A stretch of DNA of 51,739 nt, counting the filler, from Dimargaris cristalligena (Eukaryota): the NCBI GenBank assembly GCA_003614675.1. It is 3 parts of 3 records of this genome, joined end to end, with 100 filler letters (N's around TTAATTAATTAA, not from the genome) between each part and the next. Parts side by side here need not be neighbours in the genome. Positions count along the whole stretch, not along the records: positions 17,301 to 34,482 come from ML002817.1; positions 34,583 to 51,739 come from ML002818.1; 1 more part is not named here. One strand, written 5' to 3'. Under the pieces are notes generated by a model that saw only the letters and a list, made by a program, of their open reading frames with translations, was not told the DNA's origin and ran no database searches. The stretch's first letter is position 1. The number at the start of each line of letters is the position of its first letter. This document shows positions 25,320-35,800 of this stretch, piece by piece. The translations under genes were made by a program, and so were the position numbers.

Positions 25320-25730
25320 ATGGCCAGTCGGTATTCCACGCGTCACAAGCGAAGGGCCGAAAGTAACGAGGCCTCCAAACCGCAGGACTCGCCGCTGGCC
25401 CAACGCCGGGGCACCATCCAACCCACCGAACTTAGTGTCGATAATGGGTCGTTCACGGACGCCCTGGCCCCCCAACTGGACCCGGCGGTGGCCCACCTGT
25501 TTCGCCATGACGACCGGGGGCGCGTTTTATGGTACGCGGCCCCTCCCGTGGCCGTGGCGAACCGTATGGCGTACCGTCCCGTACACTCCGCGGCCTACCT
25601 AAAGTTTCGGGCCACCGGTTCCGCTGATGCTACTGCTACGGGTCCCGGCTCCGACTCACCCGCTACGGCCAATTCAGCCACTGGCCCGGTCGCGCCTGGC
25701 AAGTCCATTAATGTCACCGATAATCACTAG
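25320..25730 (+). CDS. Small hypothetical protein (136 aa) with a motif resembling the C-terminal region of fungal Rsc1/Rsc2
   Basis: LDPAVAHLFRHDDRGRVLWYAAPP...PVHSAAYLKFR, with a basic N-terminus (RHKRR) and coding-like GC content. The family assignment is from memory of the motif, not a search. Confidence 0.6.
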   Translation: MASRYSTRHKRRAESNEASKPQDSPLAQRRGTIQPTELSVDNGSFTDALAPQLDPAVAHLFRHDDRGRVLWYAAPPVAVANRMAYRPVHSAAYLKFRATGSADATATGPGSDSPATANSATGPVAPGKSINVTDNH

Positions 25731-26731
25731 CTGTGGTGGTATTCACGCGAACGTGAATTGCCCAGGGTCGCTTGCTTTACAATACTACTGGGCAGGCTAG
25801 TAAGTAGCCTCGTCGGCTCGCTGGAATACTTTTGCAATGACGTATGTATATAAAATTTGTAGCTCCTCCATTCCTCGTGACTTGAATATGTGTTGCTATT
25901 AGGTCAGGCCAAATTGAGGTATATACACGTGGGTTAAAGTGGTTCCATTGTTCTCTTGCTGGACTCGAAGAGGGAGGAATATAGCCAACTAGCAACTGTG
26001 ACGGGCTTTCGGTGGATGATATTTGTAGCTTCGGTTAATAATTGAAGTTTTGGATTGATTGCATTGGTTAGTTGGGGTTTGATTATACCTTAGTTCCCTT
26101 CCCCCTCCCCTTTCGCAACTCATTTCCGTTGTATGCCAGTCTCACACTGGAAGATTATGCAAGATGGGGCTTGTACTTAGGCCGGCATTACTGAGCGATG
26201 GGCGGGCGAGGGTAGGTTTCTTTCATGAGGGCGAGTAGCTTATATCTTAAGGCCGGGTGTAGGGCGGCTATTCCAATAATTCTGGAAGAATTGGTGGGGG
26301 GGGTACTTTCGGGGCGATCGTTTAGTCTTTAACGATTATTTTAATGAAGGCGGATATCCATTCTCCCAACCATTAGCTAAGCCAGCAACAAAGTGCGCTG
26401 TCCGGCGATCCTAGCCATTGAGCAATACGGCTGGATAATACAATTCATGGACAGTCGGCCTGTCCTATTCTGCCATGCCTCAGACTTTATAAGGGATGGC
26501 CTTGCCGGCATCAATACGCCGATTAAACACATATCCTAGCACCGCATTCTATCATATTCATCATTGTATCGACTTTATCCCCCTTTCCAACCCCCGCCAT
26601 TTCTCTATCTATCGTTTAGCCCGCATTGGCTAACTTACCCCTCTATTTACATTTGCGTTAGCACTAGCACTGTCCCCCTCTAAACTTCATATAGCTTTAG
26701 TTCATTTATATCTTCAGGTTAAATCAATACG

Positions 26732-27184
26732 ATGCGATTTATTACTTCACTTTCTCTGGTTCTCTGTCTGGCCGCCTCGTTTCTTACACTAGCGTGCGCT
26801 ACTTCGACCCATTCCCGTGGCTCTTCCGCCATCCCTCCGCCTAGCCAATTAGTCCGTCGTTCACCGGCTGTCAAAAAGGGCGGCGCAGAGAATTACGGAC
26901 TAGCTCATCCGGATGCCAGGAAAACTATCAAAGCAAGGAGTGTAGAAAACCTCGTCAAAAACTACAAGGGTAATCCCCAAACAGATACCAAGAAGGCACC
27001 AGTCAATAATGGCGGGGCCAAGCCGACCCCGCCCTCCAGCAAACCCGCTGCAAACCGAGCCGCCGGAGGCTCGAACGTCGCTGCTGGTTCAACTAAGAAA
27101 GGTGGTACCCCTGCTAAGAAATCCTGGAGTAATCCGACTCGCGGGGAAATCCAGAAAGTAGCGGCCGGGGGGAGTATTCGTTAA
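26732..27184 (+). CDS. Small secreted basic hypothetical protein, 150 aa
   Basis: Signal peptide MRFITSLSLVLCLAASFLTLACA, a dibasic LVRR site, then a Lys/Gly/Ala/Pro-rich low-complexity region. Confidence 0.72.
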   Translation: MRFITSLSLVLCLAASFLTLACATSTHSRGSSAIPPPSQLVRRSPAVKKGGAENYGLAHPDARKTIKARSVENLVKNYKGNPQTDTKKAPVNNGGAKPTPPSSKPAANRAAGGSNVAAGSTKKGGTPAKKSWSNPTRGEIQKVAAGGSIR

Positions 27185-27863
27185 CCATGTGATTATATAC
27201 TACCTCTCAGGATGTAGTAGCACTCCAATATTAGGTTCAATCCGGCATTTTTTATTATCAGCATTACTATTATTCACCAGCGGGCGGTCTAGACTACTTG
27301 TTCCCTATTCACGTTCTCCTTCCCCCCTCACTTTGTATCTTGGCTTGTATCCACATTCATTTACTTCCAATAAACTATTTTCTGGCCACTCCAATTCACC
27401 GCTCTACCACACAATATTACGTTCACTAAACTTGTATAGGGGTCTTTAGAAGTGTATTGAAGTTTTCTCTGCTCCAAAGTACAGTGGCCCCTCTCCTAAC
27501 CCTTAACATTTGCGCCTAGACCCTTGTTAGTAGGGCTAGTATGCCTCAAATCACGGGACCCCATAAATCATCTCCTGGCCAATTCTGGCATTTCTATTAT
27601 ATGCGGGGTGCTTCAGTATTACCGATATTTTACCATACAGCTTTTCAGCCTGATTATGAAATTCTATTATAGAATTAAGTCCGGACTGGGTCATAAATTC
27701 ACTGCATTTCCCCTCGAGTCGGCTAAGCTAAGCTTTTGCTACATACACGCTATCTCGGATCTCTCCATTGGACACCTGGCCTCTCTCAACCGAACTGCAT
27801 TCGTCCATTACATTACAATTCTATGTTTTTTGTTTAATCGCATTCACAGCCCTCGCTTTCGAC

Positions 27864-29500
27864 ATGGCCACCACCTTCGTGGGCCGCAGCACCCTTTTAC
27901 CATGGCGTGCCCCGATCTTGTCCATGGGCCGTTCATTGACCACCACTGCTGTAACCCAGGGCCAGCGCTTGCCACGTACCACCAGTTTGAAGTACAGCCA
28001 ACCCAAAGACGCCTACCTGCTATCGGCCAAAGTGACCAAATTCATTAAACTCAACAAACTCGACGATGCCATTGCCCTAACCATGAACTCACCCGGCCGG
28101 CTTCAGTCACCGGTGGTTTGGAATTTACTGATATTCGCCTGTTCCGAAAAGGGCGCGCTGAATCGGGCGTTAAAATTATACAATCAGGTAAGTAGAAACC
28201 GGGGTATAATAATGATAATACTCTATGCTGGACCGGTTTGGCTGATGAGTGTACATTGCCAAGGTGTTTTTTGTTTTTGTATTGGTACGTATAACCCCCA
28301 CTGAAACTCAATTTACTGGGTAGAACTCCTCCCCCTCTGACCCTATTTGTGGGTTTTTGGGAATGCCTGTATCGCCCTAATTAATCCCGCTTTCTACTAT
28401 ACGGTCTGCTTTAATTTGCCCACTAGATCAAAAAACGGGGTCTTCGACCAGATTCCCATACCTACACTGCCCTCCTCCGCTGTTGCGCCCAGTCGCATTC
28501 CCCCCGTGCAGTAGCCGAGGCCGATAAAGTGTACGAGTACCTTCAAACTAACCAGACACCCAGTCTCATTCATTCAAACGCCATGCTACGGGTGTACGCC
28601 CGCCATGGTCGCACAGACGAGATGATTGAGTTTTACCGTACGATGCCCCCCTCGGGTAATCAAGCGCCCGACGAAGTGACTTACACAATTACGATGCAGG
28701 CCATGGCCCAACTCCAACCCCAGCCCCAATCATCGGCCGTTGAACCTACCGAAGCAGCGGGGTCTAATGCTGAGTCGAAAGGTAATGATAATATTAACGG
28801 TACTGGCGGTGATGCGCTGAATCCGGCAGTGCCAAACCGTAATCCCGGGCGCCCGGGATTCGCCGCTCCAGGGAAGCTCGCCCCGGATGTGGCGTTCGCC
28901 CGCATTCACCCCGTTTGGTTAGACCTGGTCATGGACCAGCAGAAACGGCTCATTATGAATCAGCACAATACGGCCCAAACCCCCCTAATTCGACCCGACC
29001 GGCACTTGGTGCACTTCTTCCTGCATATCGCGAGTCGGGTTCGCACGCCCGAGCACATTAGCCAGGCATTAACCGCAGTGGAACTTATGTTCGGGTTCCA
29101 GTACCGGCCCGATCGCCCGATTACGGACCAGGCCGGCCCGGCACTTGTTACTGGGTCATCATCATCATCATCCTCACCACCACCATCGTCATCGGAGTCG
29201 GAAGTGGTCGGTATCGCCCCAACGGCAGCCGAATCGTCGGTCCCGCAGGGCCTCTTCGCCGCCGGGTACGACTCCACCTGTCTGGATGGTAACATGTTGA
29301 ACCGGATACTGACCCTGTGCCTGAGCGGTCAGGAATACCGACGGGGATTGGCCTATGCCCACCAAACGATGGCTACCTTCCAGCCCACCATTGAGCTGGG
29401 TCTGTCCAATTTTTTCATGCTTACGGAACTCTTCCGTAAACAAACGGCCGAGGAAATTGGTCTGAATAAGCGGCCCCGGAGAGAAAAACGGGCCTCGTAA
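27864..29500 (+). CDS. Mitochondrial pentatricopeptide-repeat (PPR) protein, 2 exons: 27864-28187, 28427-29500; about 465 aa
   Basis: Presequence-like N-terminus. PPR motifs VVWNLLIFACSEKGALNRALKLYNQ|IKKRGLRPD, SHTYTALLRCCA, LIHSNAMLRVYARHGRTDEMIEFYRTM and PDEVTYTITMQAMA. The intron is GTAAGT...CTAG, phase 0. Confidence 0.85.
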
Positions 29501-30516
29501 AAAAGAATTGACCCAATCAATAAAGTAATTTGTAGGCGTGACGCTCGCATTATGCTAGTATTACACCACCTAATTGTAACGGTTCGTTCACTTGTTTTCA
29601 ATTATTAAGCTTATATAATACATTCGGAAGTCCAGTTGCTGAGGCAAACTTAACCAGATAAAAAAACGAACATACATGTTTCATCTTCAAATGGCGTTCA
29701 AAACTTTGCAACGCTTCAGCAAACGTCACCTCATCGGAAACATGCCAGCCGTAATTCATTATACTCCAGGGGGAGTATGCGGTAATGCGAAAGCTGAGAA
29801 ATCCATTTTTAGGATTTAGCATTGGTTATGATGGTTATCTACTCCTATACTGAACTAATGCCCACGCAGGTAGGCTTTCTGGCAGTATAGCACTGGAGTT
29901 TATCTTCTCTACCACTCATTAGTAGGGAACGCAGGTGGGGGGTGGGGTATAAATATAAGAACTTCTAAGTGCAGGCGTTAACCGGGGGTAAATGTATAGA
30001 GGCTTATTGGGATAAACCGGATATAGATTAACTAAGAAACACCGGGCCATAACCGGAAGAGGGGGGTATATATACATCGGGGCTGTCCGATAATAGTAAC
30101 GACGCTACCGGAAGGTACTTGCTGGTATCGGGGTTACTCATCCTTTTCCCATCAGCGAATTTAGATTAACGGTGAAAGTAAGGTAAAAGAGTCCTCCTGG
30201 TACTGGCTGGAGCGGGGTAGTTGGTTATCATGATACTATGCGTTGCCGCCATAGGAAGAGTGATAAGGCACTAATACAGTATACTGGCAACCGCCTAAGC
30301 AAGGGGTCCTTTGTGAATGATACGATTCGTCATGTGCAAAAATACTACTTTCAATTTATTAATATAAAGGATAGCTTTTGGCAAATGGCATTCTAAAATA
30401 AACAGCTATACTATGAACTAAAATAAGGTACATTGGGTACCTTTATAATAATGATACGGATCTGATAGCCGGCGGACCACATATTGTAGGGAAATATTGG
30501 AATTGTACGTGTTTGA

Positions 30517-30882
30517 TCATAAATCCTCGACCGTGGCCGAGCCCCATAGTAACATAACATCGGACATCGGTTCAATTACTATAAATGTTGGCTTTGGTTT
30601 TAGAAGAAGCTGGATACCTTCAGGTGTGTCGCGTGGGCTTCGGGGAAACACCCCCGGAAGTTGCTGGGGGTCGGTGAAGGATCCCTGGGAGCGTGGGGAG
30701 CCGAGTTGGGGGAGCCGGCGGGTCACGGCCTTGGCCGGAGTTATTTCCAAGCGCTCGGCGGCATGTCGGGTAAATTGAGGGTGAGGGTCGCGTGCGTCAA
30801 TCCTGGCCAAAAATGAACCCGGAAGAGCCAGACCGGTAGCCGCAAACCAAAAAACCGCAATATACGCACTAATTACTCTCAT
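30517..30882 (-). CDS. Small, probably secreted, hypothetical protein, 121 aa
   Basis: Signal-like MRVISAYIAVFWFAATGLA|LP and a dibasic VTRR site. A diverged paralogous fragment 1.7 kb away keeps the reading frame (one 3-nt indel). Confidence 0.6.
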   Translation of the reverse strand: MRVISAYIAVFWFAATGLALPGSFLARIDARDPHPQFTRHAAERLEITPAKAVTRRLPQLGSPRSQGSFTDPQQLPGVFPRSPRDTPEGIQLLLKPKPTFIVIEPMSDVMLLWGSATVEDL

Positions 30883-32218
30883 TTCGGGCAGAATGAAAAC
30901 TTCTTGGCGCGAGATGGGAGGGATATTCAACAAGAGCCGAGGAGTCACTGGTCGTCACGACGGAATTTAATAAATACCAAGTTAGATAGGGGATGAAACG
31001 TTGAAACGGGCTGAAGAAAAATAGTGATAGGGAAATTCATGTCTGGGACGATGGGGGGCAAGGGGAGGGATTAAATACGATGGTGACCGAATTCGAACCT
31101 CAACCTAATTGTGGGTTGATTAAGCCGCGCGATAAAGTCCGCGGAACATATATTATCCGCATCTAATGACGAACAAATCCCTAATAATATATTCCTATAC
31201 ACTTAAGATCAACTGTCAAAACCAAGTTTATCACGATCATCTGGCCTAGATGACCAACGGCGGCAATCAGTTGTACGAGCCCATACGTTGATGGCGTCTA
31301 AGTCCCTATTTCGAGACGCTCATTTAATGAGCAATATATTCCAGATTGCCGACGATTACCCTCATTTCTCTAGATCTCTCTCCAACATAATCATTGGATG
31401 TGCACGCAGTAAGTCATCCATCTCTTTTGTGCCATCTCATAGTGTCGCCGGCTGTATGGCCCAGTGAACATCGCTCAAACGGACCATGAAGGGGCAGGAG
31501 GTAATGTCCTTTACCCCAGATTGTATTACAGTGGGAATAAATAGCAGTTACCATGTCAAATTATTAGGAGGCCCCGGTGATTATGTATTTCTGCGTAGTG
31601 CTGGGCAAGGGGATAATGAAAATATTGGCTAGACTTCTCAGGGGCGGCCGATATTTAAAATATGAGCGAAAGTCGACCCATCCGTAATAGGGTTTTATGG
31701 AATATGCAAATCGGCTAATAGGCGGGGTATCAGTTTAAACCTATCACATTTCCTTCATCTAACGGATTTCTTATTATGCAATTTGGTGCAACCTCTCCCG
31801 TATTCTTTTAAACTATTTCAGGAAGACTCTGTTCTAAGCGTTCTACTTATAATGACAGTCCAAATAAGTCAGGAAATAGCATACCGTAGCCCAGTGGGAG
31901 TATTTATACACCGGGCCAGCACAAGGCTCGTCTGGGAATGGTGATATATAAATGGAGCCTTATTCTGGTAACCACAGATGCAAGGGGTCCGTTTGTAATG
32001 GTGCATATTATCTTGCACAAAAAGTGCCACTTTCATTTTTTTAATATAAAACATGCTATTTGAAAATTGGCCTTTCACAAGACCAACCAACTATAGTATG
32101 TGGCATAAAAAGATTCAAAAAAGTGGTTTATAATATAGTGGTTGGTCGGGTAGCCAATAGGTCAGTATATTATGGGGATATGATTATTCAGTCTATTGAG
32201 CAATTAAGGGTAGATAGC

Positions 32219-32403
32219 CCTAAGCTGTGCCCCATTGTAACATAGTATCAGGCATTGGTCCAGCTACTATAAGTGTTGGTTTTAATTTTAGAAGCTGGAT
32301 ATATGCAGGTGAGTTGCATGGGCATTGGGGGAACACTCCCAGGAGTCCCTGAAGATAGGTGGGGGATCCTTGAGAGTGTGGGATGGTGAGTTGGGGGAGC
32401 TGG
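32219..32403 (-). pseudogene. Truncated, CpG-erased paralogue of the 30517-30882 gene, cut off by a repeat insertion at 32404
   Basis: Aligns with about 30541-30718. Translates QLPQLTIPHSQGSPTYLQGLLGVFPQCPCNSPAYIQLLKLKPTLIVAGPMPDTMLQWGTA* versus RLPQLGSPRSQGSFTDPQQLPGVFPRSPRDTPEGIQLLLKPKPTFIVIEPMSDVMLLWGSA. Confidence 0.8.
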
Positions 32404-32683
32404 TATCACAGAGTAGTGGTGTCAAGCCATAAATAAAACAACAAAATAATATCAAAAGGGTAGGGTGGTTTCCCCAGGCAAACTGGTTTATTACTCTTTG
32501 AAAAATATAATAATAAATACATTTATTAAATAGTTTAAACTAGTATAGCATAATATATAAGATGCTTATTTGGGAGCTCAAAAGGTTGATCCTTAGCAGC
32601 CACAACTTAAAGTATATATTTAAAATAAATAACTGCAGAATATATATTTTATTATGTATAAAACCAAAGAATAAAATAAAACT
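32404..32683 (+). mobile_element. Repeat family A (LTR-like start T[G/A]TCACAG), copy 1
   Basis: 32404-32581 aligns with 51561-51739 (tcacagagt.gtggtgtcaagccataaata...aaaagggtagggtgg...cttatttgg.agctcaa). Sharp left boundary in both copies. The right boundary is taken as the start of family B. Confidence 0.75.
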
Positions 32684-33269
32684 TGTTGCCTGGGTTAACC
32701 ATTGTTAGTCCATCAAGAATCCCAAGGATAGGCTTCTAATGGTAGGTGGGGCTTAGGCTCAGCCAAGCAGGCTATTAGTATCAGGGTGGGTATGGTACTA
32801 ACCCATAAAGGCTAAGTGTTGATAATACAAGGGATGTGCAGCAGGTACACTTACTAGTCAGTATGGGGGGTGAGTGTATATAGAATTTATTAGGGTAAAC
32901 TATGGGGGGTAAGAATAAGCTGAGGAATCTAACTAGTCCCAGTGGGGGCCCAGTTATTTATATGTGGGGACAGCTCTTAATGAGAGGTCCTGAGGGGAAT
33001 ACTACTAAGGCTAGGTAGGGATAAGTAAGGAGTCTGGCCAGATGGCTTTGTATCTGGAAGACTCTTATGGGAACCAGAAGAGTTATTGGATCAGCTGGCT
33101 GAGTGTTGTGTGCAAAGCATTGGAGAGCTGGTCAGAGAGGGGTTATACAATAAAGGGAAGTCCTACAGTACCGGGGGTGACTATGGGAGGTGTTAATATA
33201 GTGCTATAAGGTGGAATAGAAATGGACAATCATTAAGTCTGTATTTAGGTAGGATTAAGAGGGCCAACA
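32684..33269 (-). mobile_element. Repeat family B: about 586-bp LTR-like unit with TGTTG...CAACA termini
   Basis: Begins tgttgcc and ends ggccaaca. The left 101 bp match 34031-34131 inverted (83/101, gap-free). About 32970-33269 matches 51267-51558 inverted. No target-site duplication found. Confidence 0.7.
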
Positions 33270-34011
33270 TATAATTAGGCTTTAATTTTAATAGAAAGTT
33301 TTTAGATGGAAACAGAGCTCATAACTTGTTAGAGATGTATTCTAGATAGAAATCACAAGCTAATAAAATATATCAAAACAAAAATAAGAGAGAAAAGCCA
33401 CAAAGAGATTCAGGAGAACCTCTTCACTTGGCTTTATTGAGTAATGGCTAAATAGTTGATAATAGAATATAGATAATGTCAGGTGAGTAAGATAATTATA
33501 AACATAACCCTAGTTATAAGGTGTCCATTTTCTAACAATATAATCATAGATAGAGTATAGTCCCAGGTATTAAGACAGATTAATCAGAGTAAAGGATTTG
33601 GAGGGGCAGGATAAATGAATTTCCAATAGCAACATCAACAGTGGCCTGGAAGTATGCATATAAAGGTGGGCTATGTGTAAATAATACTAAGTCAATTCTA
33701 GCCACATAGCCAGGTTCTTATCCTCCAGAGTGGTTCTACTCTGGGTATGGGTATTAGTCTATCTATTTGGTACTGCAGTTGGTTCAGCATTAACCCTCCT
33801 TTAGTATATAGATAGATATATAGATAATAATAGTAATAGTAACAGTCATTAGGTGACAGTTCCAATCAATTATGTACAGAGGAGAGTTTGGGATCAGGTG
33901 ACCAGAAATTCTAATACTAAGGATTTATATTTAGGAGTTAACATCATACATTTTTACAGAATATAGTAGCTTTATAATATAAATATATACTCACCCCCCT
34001 CTATAAAATAA

Positions 34012-34131
34012 TTAGTACTATATCCTGTAGCTGATACTAGTAACCTACTTGGCCAAGCCTAAGCCCTGCCTGCTATTAGAAGCCTATTCTCAGGACTCTT
34101 GATGGACTAAGAGTGGTTAACCTGGGTAACA
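34012..34131 (+). mobile_element. Fragment of the family B LTR-like unit (end ...GGGTAACA), in opposite orientation to 32684-33269
   Basis: Inverted match to 32684-32801. Followed by gc-tagtatcttagc, a 9/12 match to the tRNA-Met primer-binding site TGGTATCAGAGC (weak). Confidence 0.7.
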
Positions 34132-34715
34132 GCTAGTATCTTAGCATTACTTATAGGACAGGGTATCAGGGTAACATTGGTAGGGGTAGCTGGCTCTATT
34201 TATTAAACCATTAGGTGGCATTTTCATAATTTAGGTGATAGAAATTGCCATTTTTTCTCTACCACCCCTACTCTAAGCAACATTGGGGAGTCAGGTAATA
34301 AATTTTCAGAGGATACTGGGATGGTTGATTCTACAAAAAAATAGCACCATGGGGAATATAATTTTAATTTGGGTATTGGACAAGGAGAGTGGCAATCACG
34401 TCAGTCTATGTATTTTAGCGGGTTTCACCAATTAATTTGATTTTCATTGTGGATCCCCCAAGTCCTGTTAGCTATGTACTAANNNNNNNNNNNNNNNNNN
34501 NNNNNNNNNNNNNNNNNNNNNNNNNNTTAATTAATTAANNNNNNNNNNNNNNNNNNNNNNNNNNNNNNNNNNNNNNNNNNNNATCAATGGGGGGGGGGGG
34601 GGGGGGGGGGGTAATGCGGTCGCTCCAATTTTGTGATATTATTGTAGAAGTGATCGACTAATCCAGGGCCATTTCTATTTTTAAGCCCGTCATCTAAGCC
34701 GGAGATCCCGCTTAC

Positions 34716-35800
34716 CTTGAGGATATGGGCGATGGACCCATCGTGAGTACCTGCATTATTGGTATGGAATGTCCGATAGATTAGGTGTCACGGTAGTCGA
34801 CGTTAAATCACATTCAAAAAACATCGATCCCGCGTAGGTATATACCAGCAATCCAGCAAATCGATAAAAACCGATTATCAAAGCGGGTGGGGGAGGAGAG
34901 GGGGGGGCAAACATCCGGTTCCTTATTATTATTATTTAGACTATGAACTGACTTACATTCGGCATCAACGATGACCTTGTCGTAAAGTTGGGTTCCGCAT
35001 TGGGTATTGCCAAATCGAAGTAATCGGGGTGCATAGAAAGGTTTAAGGGAAACGGGATCTTCCCTTGAAGAGGACTGTCCCCTTTCAGTTGGGGCATCCG
35101 ATAGGGGCTGTGGCAGCGAGGAGGGGATCCGCGCTAATTCCTTTGGGTTATCCCAGTTGGCCGGCGGGGCTGGACGATCAAAAGAGGTTCCATCGTGGGC
35201 AAACAGTCGTACATTAAAATGCCGGTATTTTTTCAACAACGACCGGCAGGTGGCCAGTCGTAATGGGGAAATATCCACGCCGGTGACGGTGCCCTGGCCC
35301 CTCCTGGGCTTCTTCAACTCGGGTTCCCCGTCGGAATCGTCACCGTCGCCGACCCCGGTTAACAAGTCCGCAACCATACACAGTTTGGCCCCGGGTGCAC
35401 AGCATATATCCAGGACATGGTCGTCGGGTTCCAAGTCAAGGGCCAAAACGGCCAGCCCTGACGTGACGTCGATACCGTATAGCTGGCCACTTTGGTAGCC
35501 CGGGCATTGCGACAGCCGGATAGGGCCTGGGGAAGGGGGGAGCCGCCAGAAATCGGGTACCCCTGGAACGGGTTCCGCGGACACTCCCAAATGGAGGTGA
35601 ATGTCAGCCAAGAGTTGCTCTCGCTCAGAGGACGAAAGCCGGCGTCCTAGGCGGAAATAACGGGGAAGGTCGAGGCATTGATCGTAAAGCGCAATGGGAA
35701 TGCCATTGTCGGCTAGGAATTTGACAAAGCTGGGGGGGAAGCGGTCGGCCTTGCGAGAGGCTACGGAAGTCATGGCCACTGTTGATTGATGGGGCAGCAT
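34716..35800 (-). CDS. NOL1/NOP2/Sun (RsmB/NSUN) family SAM-dependent RNA m5C methyltransferase, partial: exons 35800-34957 and 34750-34716; the 3' end probably lies in the gap at 34483-34582
   Basis: YGIDVTSGLAVLALDLEPDDHVLDICCAPGAK (motif I), VTGVDIS, and YDKVIVDAEC|THDGSIAHILK (motif IV spliced across GTAAGT...GCAG). The next donor is gtaagc at 34715. Confidence 0.85.

Noticed and set aside
34483-34611. Second gap plus a poly-G run
   Set aside because: Assembly artefact. The homopolymer length at a contig end is unreliable.
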